Assembly (NCBI GenBank): GCA_000388065.2
Contig: KB932202.1
From: Fonticula alba ATCC 38817
Taxonomy: Eukaryota; Protista; Nucleariida
Direction: 5' to 3' (one strand)
DNA length: 64,000 bases
Shown here one piece after another: positions 26,333 through 39,628 of the stretch. A program made the position numbers and the translations under genes. The notes beneath the pieces were generated by a model. The model was given only the letters and a program-made list of their open reading frames with translations, had not been told where the DNA came from and searched no databases. How positions within the stretch are numbered: position 1 is the first letter of the stretch; each line of letters starts with the position of its first letter.

Positions 26333-27556
26333 AGCCCCCCCCCCCCCCCCACTCCCCCATTGGCCGACATCTGGGACAGGAAAGCGCCAGCACAGCGCCA
26401 CACATGTGCGTGGCTCTCCGCGGGCGCCACAGCCCGCCATCATCGTGGCAGGGCCCAATTTGGGTGCTCGCGCGTGGCACGCATGCGGCGCGTCACCCCC
26501 GGCGTCCGGTTCCTTCCCGGAAGGGGGACCCCGGGGGGGCTTGCTTACTCTCCCCCCTCCCCCGCCTACCCCTCGCCCTTTCCCAAAGGATGGGCCGGGG
26601 GGAGGGGGGTGAAACGAAAGGGGAAGGAAGCCATATGAAATGACAAACAGCACTCGGGGGAAAGAAAGAAAGGCAGAGGGCAGAGAGAGAGGGGGGGGGG
26701 GAAGACGAAGGGGCTGAGCCACCTCCGGCCCCCGCATGGGCGTCTCTCCGATTGGGGATGTGTGTACGCACCGCGAGCTCCATGCGAATGTGGTAGGTGT
26801 CAGCACGACCGCGCAGGAGCCAGACCAACAGCAGGGCCAGACCCTTGGTGATGACCTGCAGGGCGATGGTGACGGGGAAACTCCCAAGGAAGCACCCAAC
26901 ACGGGGGTTGCCACCGACGAACTCCCCAGGCGGAAGCAGAGCATTCGGGGTCTGACGCCACAGCAGGTGGCCGATGACGCCGAAGAGCAGGGCGCTGAAC
27001 AGGTAGATGGCCAGCTGCCAGCCGGTGCTGTAGATGCTACGCAGAGCGCGAATAATCTTGTACCGACGAGTGGTCAGCTCGTCACGCAGCACGAGGGTGT
27101 GGTACTCGTTGAAGATGTACAGCTGGAAACCACGACTCAGGAGCGGCTGTGTCGGAGCGGATCGCCGGGGTGTCAGAGGGCAGGCCAAGGGCCGAGGTTG
27201 GGGGAGCCAGCGAGGGAGGAGGGAGAGCCATCAAGACAATTAGAGACCGAAGACAAGGATTGGAGCAAGAAGCAGCGCCATGTCGAGACAGGGAGAGGGA
27301 GAGGGAGCACACGTACGAAACCGTAGAGCACACTGGAGATGACGGACGAGGTGTAGGGCAGGTGGCAGCTGATGCCCGGGCGCTTGCTCAGCAGCAGGGC
27401 AATCGAGTGGAAGAAGCAACCGAAGCAGGTGAGGGCCGTGAGCAGCCAACCACGCGCGCGGACCGGCTCCTGGCGGATACGGTACGAGTAGAAAGCACAC
27501 GATGCCACCATGATGGGCATCAGCACCACGATGAAGTAATCGTAGAGGGTCCACAT
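21376..27556 (-). CDS. 7TM-RGS protein (seven-transmembrane domain fused to an RGS domain); exons 27556-27317, 27146-26772, 22908-21653, 21541-21376 (~678 aa)
   Basis: The spliced product has seven hydrophobic helices (YFIVVLMPIM.., GWLLTALTCF.., SSVLYGFPLLSRGF.., WQLAIYLFS.., FPVTIALQV.., ELAICLIIAVAL.., IIVLWSLAFYC..) and a DTYHIRMEL motif before TM6. An RGS-like domain follows (DFENFCVRSWCSEILIFY..ILDKHIRAGADLEINIDSSIR..LRDAQRECRLQL). All junctions are GT-AG and phase-compatible. Confidence 0.88.
21465..21536 (-). repeat. 18-nt coding tandem repeat x4 (SERAGD) in the last exon of the 7TM-RGS gene
   Basis: Unit ccgcccgctccgaatccc on the + strand, four copies with the last imperfect. Confidence 0.85.
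26253..26350. repeat. Poly(C) tract (~80 nt pure run)
   Basis: Seen directly. Its length may be an assembly or gap-fill artefact. Confidence 0.6.
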
Positions 27557-28389
27557 ATTTGCGCAAGGGCAGGGACCTGTGTCGTGGAGGCCCGAAGATG
27601 GAAATGGGCGAGAAAGTGAAGGAGAGCAGGCAGCGAGCGGGGGCGAAAGGGACAGGAGAGACGGGACCGGGTGAGCGGGCGTTACACCAAGGCGAGTGTC
27701 TTGTGATGTGGTCACGAGCCTACCTTAAACTGAAGGTCGGTTAAGACGCGATCAGTAGAGAGGACCTGTCCGGGCGGCAGAGGTCGGTCAAGGAAGGGGA
27801 CCCGGGTGGATGCATGCATCGGGGCAGAGGGGCAAGGGGACGACATCGGTGTGAGGGGGCAGACCGGGGAGAGGAGTGAGAGGGCCCGAGGGAGGGAGAG
27901 GCGAAGAGACCGAGGAAGAGAGAGGCGGGAGAGGGGAGAGGAAGGGGGATAAGATTGACACGAAGCAAAGCAGGGTGTGGGGCGATGACCCACGCACCGG
28001 AAAACACCAAGCAGGAGGAGGGGCAGGGCGAGAATCAAGCTCCTCGGAAGGGAAGGTGTCCTTCGTGAGATTCCGACGCAGCAAGGGAAGCGGGTCACAC
28101 GGCAGGCGAGGAGGAGAGGGGGCACAGGGGGAGGGAAGAGGGGGAGGGCAAATATGGGTGGGGCTGAGAAGGAGGAGGGAGGATAGTCGAGCTTTCCCGA
28201 GACGGTGGAACTCCGACGGCAGAGACTCGTGTGGGCGGGGGATCTGGCAGACCCGAAATTGCAGGGCGGGTCCATAAGAAGAATGGCCCAGCACGGCAGG
28301 GTACCCCGCCGAGGCCGCGGGGCAGTGTGCCTGCCGGCGTGCGTGTGCACCCTTGCCATGTCCCGGCCTCCGTCCGGCCCCCCGCCTCT

Positions 28390-28664
<275 letters not shown>

Positions 28665-31600
28665 TGGTGTGGCCCCCTCCGACATCGAACGCGCGGGAGA
28701 GGAGCTCGAGCCAAGACCGGGGGAATATTGTCGGAGGTCATTCCTTGGTGGCAGGCGCTATGGTGCCCTTCTCCGGGTGGAAAAGGGCACCCCCAGGAGA
28801 AAGGACATCCGGGGAAGCGAACTATGCGGGGCGATTGCTGGCACGCCCGCAGCAGGGCTTGGCCGGCGGATGGCGCCGGAGGCGGGCGTTCACGCGGGTA
28901 AGTCCACGCCGGGGAAACGGCCGGGGGAGGGGCGCCGGACGCGCCCCTGGGCGAACATGATAAACTGCCCCGCTGGGCAAAGTATCGCGTTGTGTCAAAG
29001 TGCAAGCTCGGCCTGGCGCGAGACGTGGCCCTATCCAGCCCGGAAGGAGGGGCGCCCGGGAGCCACGGCCGGGCCATTGAGAGGCCCTCTCGGAGGAGAG
29101 CCGGCCGGCCGGGGGAAGGGGGAGGCGGGGGGGAGGGGGGCTGTGAAAGGCAACAAGGAACGCCCGCGCGGCCCCTCCACTCCGTGGGGTGGGGATGCCC
29201 GCGCGGCCGCCAGGCCAATCCGGCCGAACGACCGGGCGCGGCCCCCCCTCGGCAGCCAGTCGGGGCTTCTCCATCATGGCCGACACGGGCCCGGACGAGG
29301 CGTTCCGGTTGGGATCATCTCTGGCGGCCCGGGTCGGCCGGGGCAAAACACGCCCCTCTTGGCGGGCAAGGAGTCGACCTGCGCGTTTGTTATGGTCAGC
29401 CAGGGGAAGTCCAGCTTGAAAGCGCCGCGAACCGCCGGCGGGCTAGAGGAATGTGCGACCGTCGCCGGGCGGGCGGGCGGGGCGGGGCGGGGCGGGGCGG
29501 GGTGCCTGGCGCAGGATCTAGCTCGGCCCCGGATCTCCCTCGGCCGTGCTAGCCTCCGTCCGGAGATCCTCCCGGCGGCCGGATCCAAGGGGAGCCTGGC
29601 CACCGAGAGGTGCTCCTTTCGCCCGGGCGAGAGCCGCCCTCCCGGAGGCGGGACCGAGGGGAAGAGGAGGCGCGATGCCGGCGGAGCCTCCCTCAATATT
29701 GGTCGAATATATTATTCCACCCTTTTCATGCAGGCCACGAGGGGGGGGGGGGGGGGGGCCCGGGAAGCACACTGCGATGGCCCCCTCCTAGGGGTAGCTG
29801 GGTCGCCGGCGCGTGTACTCGCCGGCCGTGGGCTTTTGGCGGTTCTAGATTGGCGCACGTCGTCCCCCCCAGGTCCGGGAGGGAGGACGCCTACTAGACC
29901 GGACTCGGTGGCCGCGCTGGCCAGGCAGCTCCGCACACTCTCGAGCGTGTGAGGTCGCCACTTCGTGCGGGAGGGGGGGGGGGGGGGAGGGGTCGCGATC
30001 GCGAGTGCATGCGGCGCGCCGAGGCAGGACCATGCCGGTCGGCCAGCCGTTGCCAAGGAGGCGGCTGGCCCCCCGGCCGGGGCCCGCAGCTCGTGTACCC
30101 TACCCCAGCCCGGTGTTTGGAGCACCTCCACCCGTGCCGGCCCTTGGCGCGCTTCCGCGGGGGAGCGGTGCGCCGTCCCCCGCCCGAGGCTCCCCTGAGC
30201 GGGATATTGAGCGTTCGATGGCGCGGCGCCGGATCGGCCGGCCGGAATGAGGGGAGCCATTCCGCGGAGGCGGGGCTGCAACGGAACAGGTAGCCGGCCG
30301 CCGGCGTTGGGGGCCCAAGGCGGCCCCTCTTTCGCCGCTGGCGGAACTATTCCGCGCCCGCCCCATCCCCTCTCTCGGCCTGTTCCCCGGCGGCCCAGGG
30401 TCGGCTGCCGATGGGGGACGCTCGTGTGGGGGNNNNNNNNNNNNNNNNNNNNNNNNNNNNNNNNNNNNNNNNNNNNNNNNNNNNNNNNNNNNNNNNNNNN
30501 NNNCGCACGACTCGCACGCCGAGGCGAACACCAGCACTGAGACCTGCCTCTTGGTGTGGTGAGAAAAACCATGCGGGGCGAACACCACCCGGCTGCCGGC
30601 CGCCGGCTGCCGACTTTCCCGCTCGCGAGCATGCTCGGGCACCGGCTGGTCGAACCATGAGCGGCAGGCCCCCCCCGCCGGCCAGACCTTGCTCGATGCC
30701 CGGTCTTGCCCTCGGCGCCCAGTTGTGCCGACAGCGAACCGGTGCCGACCGCCTGCGGCCGGGTCCCCATGCACCGAGGGGGCGGGTCGACCGAACGTCG
30801 CCGGTGCGGCGCGCCGGCCTGGCCGGCCGCTCAAGTTGGCATTGGGGCTCCTTTGGAGGAGGACCGGCGCATCCAGAAGCCTGGAGCACACGGCCCGGCC
30901 TCCCGGCTTGGAGGCGCTTCTATCCCGGATGGCCCGACGGGGAAGGCCCGAGGCCCGCCGCGCGCCCCCCCCCCCTCTTGCGTGAGGGCGTCCCCTCGCC
31001 CAAGCTCGCCGGCCGGTTGCCCTGTTTCCCCCTCACCCCCGGCGCGCCCCCCGAACGGCGGCCACGCGCCCCCAGCGCCGGCCCGGAGGTCGGCCCACAA
31101 TGGCTACCCCGGCAGTTGCCCCGCACTTGGCTCACCAATCGAGCGGCCGCCCCTGGCTCGGGTGTTTTGCCTGGAGCCCCTCAGCAGGCCATGCCCCTCG
31201 CCCTCCGCAAGGTCAATGCATTCCTTCCCGGCCAAACGCCACCGGTGGCCTGGTCCGGCGGGTCGCAGCGCCGCCGCCAGTCGGCTGCCGGGGTGGGGCC
31301 GTTTCCCGGGGTCCCGGGGCACGCCCCGGCGCCGTCGAGCCTTTGTTTGCTCGCTCTCCCCCTCTCTCAGACCACCGCCGGGGGCACTGAGGCGGCGGAT
31401 GGGGTCCCCTGAGCCGGGCGCGCCCAGGGCGGCCACGCGTGGCCCCCCCCCCCCCCGCCGGCCCCGTGGTCGGTGCTTCGCCGCGATCTACCCGCCTCCG
31501 GCCCGGCCAGGCGCCTGGATCCTGTATTCGAAAAGGGCATCCCCCTCCCCGCCGGCCCCCCAGGGCGCCCCGGTGTCGTGTCGCCGCTGGAGCCCTCCCG

Positions 31601-32731
31601 GCTCGGGGCCGAAAAAGCCCGCACTTGAAAAGCTGGCCCATTGGCATGGAACACTCTTTGAAAGATCATCGAAACCCGCTCCGGGGGGGGGGGGGTGGTT
31701 CCCCCGATGTGCTCTGCCCCTCCGCCGGTCGACACAAACAGAGTCTCCGCCTCGCACGAGGCGCCCGCGTGCCGCCCGTATACCACTCTCCCAAAGACAC
31801 CCCAAAAGGGCCCCCCCCCCCCCCCCCCCCCGGCGCCGGCCCCCGGCGGGCGTCCGCCCCGGTCTCGATGTACCCTGCAAACAAAGGGGCTCGACCGGGG
31901 CTCGGTAAACGCACACCCGCCCCGGCCGGGCGTTGTTTATAAATATAGTTCACAGGGCCGCTCTCGCGCTCGGCCCCAGCCCCGCCCCCCTCCCCACTCC
32001 CCGGGGCATCTGTGAGGGCAGCTCCACGGAAAAGAGGCCCGGCGCTGTCCGGCACACAGGCTCAAGAAGGGAAGCAGGCATGCAATGTCCGAGGGCCGCG
32101 GCGGTCCAGGACGAGCACTGACCCGCGAGTGCCTTCGATAGAATCCATGAAACGGTCGCCCATGTTCAATTTCAATGAGAATGCCATTATGGCAATCACA
32201 CGACATTTTGAATCTGCCCGACAGAGGGAACGCATCACGCCCCCGGTCGGCCAAAAGGCCGGGTCATATGTCCCAAACCACATGCCGAAGTCCCCTTCTG
32301 CGCCGATGGCCCCCGAAGTTTTTGGCCGGCTTTGGGACGGTCGGGGTCTTCGACCCAAGGGGATGCCCGCACACGGGCACTCGTCCGTCGCTCACCCCTC
32401 CTCCGGCCCCACACCCGAGGTTGCTCGCCAGCAGGAGCCAGCCGGAGCAGCCCATGCCACCGCCTTATCTATGGTTCATGTATTGTTTTTTTTTTTCTCT
32501 CGTTTGTCACCGAGATTGCACGCACACCGGAAGGCGGGGAAATGAGGGAGATATGTCCCGCTCGTCGTGCGGTGACGCAAGGCAGCCTCTGCCATTGTGG
32601 AGTGGCTACCGTGGAGAAAGAGTGGAAAGAGGTGCCACCCCGCCCCCCATTCGTCTCTCAGCCGTGGGCTTACACACGGGAGTCTGGGTGTGAAAAAAGG
32701 AAGGTGGCACGGGCTTTGCGCCTCGCTCCAT

Positions 32732-35700
32732 CTACTCGTGGTCCAGACGCAGCTCCCGGCGGGGCTTGTTGTCGGCAAAGAGGAAGTTGCACACGCGCTC
32801 CACCAGCCAGGCACCCACAAGGTCGATGGCAATCAGACGCATCATCTGCTGGCGGAATTCCGCCGGGAAGGGAACCAGCTGCAGCCAGTCGGCCAGGGTC
32901 TCGGTGGCCGAGGCGCCAGTCCCGTCCGGGCTGACCAGCTGATCATGCAGGAACCCGGAGGCAGCGGCGATGCACAGGCCAAACACACCGGCCAGCGACA
33001 GGAAGAGCGGCCGATTCTCATAGATCGACTCGCGGAAGGGCCGGCCCTGGTAGTTGATGGCGAAGGTGGACACTTGCATGGCAAGCGAAATCAGGTAGAT
33101 GCCATTGTTCAGGAGGTTCGGCTCGAAGGGAGTCTCCAGATTGATGACGTGCTTGACCCCGGCCTGGGCCATCATCGTCTCGGCCAGGTTGGTGACGCTG
33201 ATCATGCAGTACATGTGCACGGCAAACTGGCCGAGGATCGAGAGGATGATGTAGAAGTTGAAGATGTTGGCCTGCGGGCGCTTGCGGCTGAGGTTTTCGG
33301 CAGGCTGAGATATGGGGGAGGGTTATTTTTTCCCCCGCCACATTGGCAGAGACCCGGCCACAGCGCATGGTCACGACGGTTAGCGCGGTTGGCAAAGCAG
33401 CACCAGTGCTCTCTCTCTCTCTCTCTCTCTCGCTCTCTCTCGCAGGCACGTGCAAAGAAAAAAACTCCCGAAGAAAGGAAAGCACAAAAGCGGGCAGGGG
33501 GCAAAGGCAGGCACAGGGAAAAGCGAGGGAGGCCGAGCGGCACCCGGCAGCAAGACAATGAACGCACCTTGGCACGCGACAGGGACAAGAAGCACACGGA
33601 CAGCAGGATCCCCGAGATGGTGTACTGCACGTCGCTGAACTTGATGCCCGCCAGGTAGAGGACACTCAGGGAGTGTGCCGAAATCAGGGAGTTCAGGGCC
33701 AGAATGGTGTACATCTGCATGGTGGTCACCAGCGTGGCGCGCCCCTGGCGCACCACATCGCAGATGGCCTTCACGTGGGACAACTTCGAGGTGAAGGGCG
33801 CCGCAATCGAGGCATCACCCAGGCGGACCATGGACTGCTGGCCGAAGGGATCGTCCCCGCCGCCGGCACCGGCCTCGGCCGACTCCATGGTGGACTGGGC
33901 AATCTGGAAGACCTCGCGCAGGGAGGGCCGCGGGGCACCGGTGCCGCCGCCGGCCGCCGACGCCTGCGACAAGCGCTGGCGAGCTTCGGCAATGCGGCGC
34001 TGGTGCTCGGCCAGGGCCTGGCGCTGGCGCTGGAGCTGCTGGGCGCGCATCTGCGCCAGCAGCAGCTTCAAATCCTCCGGCCGGCCATCCAACAGGGCCA
34101 CCCCGACGTGCGCCTGCTTCAGGGCCCCCACATCGTTGGTGCCATCGCCACACATGAGCGTCACATAGCCCAGGGTCTTGAGCAGGGTGAGGATGCGCTC
34201 CTTCTGCTCGGGCGAGGTCCGGGCGAAGACGCGGAAATGCGCCAGCAGCCGGGCCAGCGACGGGCGCTGGGCCAAGTCCCGCAGGGTGCGCCGCTCCATT
34301 TCGGCCTCCATCAGCCGGAAGAAGTGCCCCAGAGCACCACCCGACACACAGACATCATACTCGTAGAAGATGCGCTCCAGCCCCGCCGGATCGGTGAGAT
34401 CGACCGGCTGCGCGCGGTCCTCCTCATCGACGAACACCAGCCGCGACAGGGCCGCCGCGCCGGGGCCGGGGCCGGCGCCACCGGTGGACTCCTCGCCCAC
34501 CGTCGACGTCTCCTCCTCCAGGAACATGGCCGGCCGGGCCACGATGCCCACCTCGCGAGCCACATGGGCCCCGGTCAGGGCGCTGTCGCCGGTGATCATG
34601 ACACACCGGTGCGACGACTCGCGGAGCAGGCGAATCGACTCGGCGGCATCCGGCTTCAGGGCCGTGGAGCACACCAGGAACCCGGCGAACAGGAGATCCG
34701 ACTCGGCCTGGTCGCGGGTCAGCTCGGCCACCCGGGCGCCGACCGTTTTCGCGCAGAAGCCCGACTGCTGCTGTGGCTGCTGCGACTGCTTGGTCCCAGA
34801 CCCGGGAGAGGCCCCGGTCGACTGCTTGGTGCCGTTGCCGGCCGCGACATTGTCATCGACATCCTCATTGCTGAGATCCGACCCGGCGGGAGACCCGCCA
34901 TCCGGCGAGGAGGACTCACTGGAGACCATGCTCCCACCATTGGCGGTGGCTAGGTCATCGGCAAACCGATAGGCCAGGGCCAGGACCCGGCGACCCTGGC
35001 GTGCGTAGTGCCGCTGCACCCGATCATACCACTCCGGCTTGTCGGCCAGCAGGTCGCCAATCACCTCGGCCGCTCCCTTGACGCTGATCAGCACCCGGGG
35101 CTGGTCCAGGGCCGGGGTCTGCTGTCCGAGGGGCAGGTCCCCGCTGAAGAGCGACACCGTGGCCATGCGCTTCATGGCCGAGGAGAAGGCAAAACGCCGG
35201 AGGATGCGCAAAGTGCGCCGGCGGCCGCCGGCCTCCGGCTGCGACACGGCCGTCATCATCGTCTGCCCCGGGGGCACCAGGCCGGAAGTGTCATCCCGAC
35301 GGCTGAGCAGGTTCCACTCGAGCGACGCGAGCATCGCCCGCTCCAGCGGGTCACCCACCAGGCAGTCGATCATGCGCATGGGGGCGGCCGGGGCATTGGG
35401 CCCGGCAGCCTGCGGCTTCTTGGCCGCCGCAGCCGCGGTCTTCGGGTCCAAGGCCGACAGTGAGTGGCAGGACGCCAGCACCAATGAAGCCGGATGCAGG
35501 CCGAGCCCGGCCACCGGAGTCAGGTGCGTCGGAGCGCCGGGCGCAAAGAGGTCGGCATTCAGCATCAGCGACGACGCCGAGGGGGCCGAGGCCGGGCCCG
35601 GGGCCAGCCGCGCCGAGGACAGGGACTCCAGGGGGTTGGATGCGGAGGAGATGCTGGGCAGGGCCACACCCTCGAGGGTCAGCTCATCCGTGGTCAGGGT

Positions 35701-38409
35701 GCCGGTCTTGTCGAAGCAGCAGATGTCCAGCTTCCCGGCAAGCGGGATGCGGAAGGGCTCCGTGCAGAAGATGGCCTTCTGGGTCAGGGCCACCAGGCTC
35801 TGGTTCACGGCCAGGGCCAGCTCCATGGGCAGCTCCGGGGGGATGACGCTGGTGACGATGAGAATGCAGTTGAGCAGGAGCTTGTATCGATCGCGATCAT
35901 TGGCGATGCCTGGTAGTCAGGGGGGGGGGGGCATAGAAGAGGAGAGAGTGAGAAAAAGAGCGAGCGGCCACCCGGGGGAGGGGAGTAACTTGTGCGTGTA
36001 CATCGGATCGAGATAAGGAGGAGAAGCCGATACAGCCACGTGTATGCGGGTGTGCGTATATATAAATATATATGCGCGAGATCTGCAGTGTCGCACCTTC
36101 CATCCAGACGTAAACCGACGCGCTGACGGCAAAGACCATGAGGAAGAGGATGAAGAATAGGCTCTCAGCGCTGTTGGCACTGACGCGCTCCGTGCTGGAG
36201 GCAATGGTCCGAATGAGCTTGCCCTGGTAGGTGTTGAAGCCGGTGCGCAAGACAAACCCGAGCGACCCGCCGTCAGGGGCTATGGTGGACAAATAGCCAA
36301 GAAAGAACGAGTGTTGTGAGCAGGGAGTTGAGGAGGCGAGTGGGGCAAGAGCAGGTGGCCATCAGTGGAGAGGCCAGGTCAGGGCGCACGGGTCTCGATG
36401 GAGGCATTGATGGCCGACTCAGCCTGAACAACCTTCGTGCCGGCAAAGACACAAAGGGCCCGGTGGCGCGAGCGCAGATCCAGGAGCTCGGCAGCCGCGG
36501 CAGCCGCTGCATCGGCAGTGGCACCCGGTGCAACGCCAGTCACACCCGCGAGGGATTCCTGGGTCGAGGGGAAAGAGGGGCAGCCGAGCCATCCCGGCAG
36601 GCGGTCAGTCGGTCGGTTCGGCACAACAGGAGAGAGGACAGCCGAAAGAGTGGTTTGGAGGCGGGCGAGCGGGCGGGCAGGTAGCAGTGGCGAACCTTCG
36701 GCTGCGGGACACTCTCGCCGGTGAGCATGGCCTCGTTGACGATGCACGTGCCGTCAAGCAAGAGAACATCGCAGGGGACGCCGCGATCATTCTCCGAGCG
36801 GACTTTAGCGCCAAAGTGTGAGGCGGCGGGCTGTTAGATGGGAAAGTGGCCGACTCCAAGGAGGGGCATTGTCACGGTGAGAAGGAGCAGCATACGCACC
36901 AATCGAAATAATGTCACCTGGGATGAGCTTCGAGCTGGAGATCTCCACCCACTGACCGAAGCGGAAGGCATTCACAGGGAACGGCTTGGGGGACATGTTG
37001 CGCAGCTCGGTGAAGTTCTTCAGGCGCTGCGAGACCACAGTCGCCTCGAAGGTCACCAGCATGAAGAGCGTGAACAGGCTGAAGTACCAATAGTCATCGA
37101 ACATGTAGAGGACCACACAGAAGACCTGGAACACGAAGAAGGGGGCAATGGAGTGTTCCTTGAAGAGCTCCAGGAAAGTGGGCTGGGGGATGGCAAGACT
37201 GCGCGCGAGGGGCAGGAGCAAGCGTGAGAATGGTGCGGCAGTGTAACGGTGTGTGGGGGTGGGAGGGGGAGTGGGGAGGGGGATGGCAACGCACGTGTTC
37301 TGGCCCCACTTGCGCTCGTTCTCAAAGACATCCAGCTCATTGGAATACCCACGCCACTGGCGGTAGTAATGCAGCGGCCGGCTAGTCTCGAAATGCTCGC
37401 GGTAGAAGTACTGTCGGGCAGAGGGAGAGAGGGGGGGGGGGGGCGAGAGGTTAGCAGGGGACGAAGGGAAGAGAGATGTCCGTAAAGTCGAGAGCAGAAA
37501 CAGAAAGGAGGAGAGGCTCGAGAAAAAAGCGCACCTTATGGGTCTCATGATAGACAAACTTGCGCAGCTGATACACAAAGTACAGCTGACGCTGACCGGT
37601 GGACTGGAGTGGGAAAGGGCGCAAGGACAGCAGGTTAGTGGGAGAGGGGCGAGGGGAGGGTGTTTGCCCCGGGAGCGAAGCAAGAGAAGGAGAGACGCCG
37701 GGCCAATTGGGAGTCGCCGGCATACGTACGGTGTCAACGAGCAGGGGGCAAACCGTGGGCTTGCCCTTGTGGGGGACCGGCTCCACGCGAATGTACACGG
37801 CCTTGTACGGGTCGGTCACCTGGCAGAGGCGAGCAAGAAGGCCGACAAGCAGCACAGAAGGCGGGTGGGAGGGGGGACCTGTCAGCCTGGCCAAGCACTG
37901 GATGGGAAATGGGGAAGGGGAAAATCGGGGGCAGGCAGCAGGCGACGCACCTCGCGGCAGAGAACTCGCACACGCAGCGAAATACTCCACTGGCAGGAGA
38001 GGATCAGCAGGACATGGCCAAAAACCATGGCCACACCGAGGAGCAGCCAGACATCCGGGTTGGCAATGATGCCAGCCGCATAGAGGCCGGCCGCGATGAG
38101 GTAAAGCGTCGCATAGGGAAGAGTGTAGATGCGGGCCCAGACCGGACGCGGCACATGGAAGGAGGCGCTCTTGATGGAGGTGGACCGAACCAGGGCGTTG
38201 GAGGTGGCCGCCGGTGAGGTGGGCTCCAGGTACGGGTTGTCCGTGGACAGAGAGGGGTCAGGCGAGAGAGAGACACCCGGCCCGGCGGCCGGGTCGCCTT
38301 GCGGCCGCCGAGGCCGTGCGCGCGTCGAGGCCGCCCCGTCGGCGAGGGACACCGCCGACGAGAGGGCCTTCTCGCTGGGACCCATCGGCTTCGAGGAGGC
38401 CGGGGACAT
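32732..38409 (-). CDS. ATP13A1: P5A-type P-type ATPase (ATP13A1/Spf1), multi-exon
   Basis: Motifs [46 protein letters not shown]5A signature PPELPMEL, phosphorylation site [67 protein letters not shown] and [13 protein letters not shown]. Confidence 0.97.
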
Positions 38410-39628
38410 TAGCGATTGCCCGCCACTGAGGGGGGAAGGGGAGCGTTGATGGGAGGAAAGGTGGACGGTGGGGGGCGGAGTTCACACGAGATGAGGGCGG
38501 GCGGGGGGGGGGGGGGAGGGAGAAGGGGAGAGGGAGCACAGGACACTGGTGCCAAGGGTTACCTGGGACAACCAGGGGGCCTCACAAGAGTGCCGCCCCC
38601 ACGCCCCCCCGCCCCCCCCCCCCCGGGGCGAGAACGCTGACAAGGACATCAGTTGGCTGCTGGGCGGCCGGCCCGCCGAGGGTGAGACACGTTGGCCTCC
38701 TCCGGCCCAGAACACCGGGCTCTTGGCGACTGGGCGCATGAAAAAAAGGAAAGACAAAAAAGCGGCCACCCTCATTTCCGGGATGAGAGGGTGTCCACAC
38801 CCGGCGTGGCTCCCCCCCCCCCCCGGCCACGCCTCCGCGCGTTCAGGTGTCATTGTCACCATCCCTGTTGTGGCTGGCCCGGAAGTGCGTGTCGAAAAAA
38901 TAGCCTCCCGATGTTCGGTCGTGGCGGAAAAAATATCCAGCCCACTGGAATCAGCTGGGTGTCACCTAGACCCCTCCATCCGGTCCGGCCGGGTCCCTGG
39001 GGCGCGCGGAAGTGGGGCCCCTCAGCCAAGAGAAACATGTTGCCCCCCCGCCCCGTTTCCTTCTTTTTCTCTCCACGGAGCCAGGCCCCCAAGGTGGCAG
39101 GGTGCGCTTGTTCTCCCGGGTCTGCCCCTACTGAGGCCGGCGGGGGTTGGGTTTGTCGGTGCCAGCTGCCTGCCCAGGCGCGCGCGCGCATGAGCGCTCG
39201 TGCGTGTCGGCAAGGCCGTGGTTGTGGGCAATGGCTGGAGAACAGTTGAGACGAACACCAGAAGTGTCTGCCAACGTACGGAGCAAGAGCCTATCGTTGG
39301 AAGGCTATCGTAGTTCGCCCCGTGCTGAAGGTGGCAGGGGAGCAGGTGCTGGGGATTCTGTCCTTCGCCCTTTCCGTTCCAGGGAGGATCGCCAGGCACG
39401 AAGCGAGAACCCGGGACCGGCATCAGGGCGGCTGGTCATTTGCCGCCCGGTGTCGACAGGAGGCATTTTGCGAGTCGGTCCCTTGTTCTTGCTCTCCCCC
39501 ACTATCTCCCTCTCCGCCCTCTCCTTCTCCCTCCCTCTCCCTCTCTCTCTCTCTCTCCGTCTGTGTCTCTCCTAGTCATGTTTCCGGGTGTATTTGGGGT
39601 GTTCTACGCATGGGGACCAGTCCTGTGC

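Noticed and set aside
29860-29895. CAGGTCCGGGAGGGAGG resembling SRP RNA helix 8
   Set aside because: It lacks the GNRA tetraloop and flanking SRP helices, so it is a chance match in GC-rich DNA.
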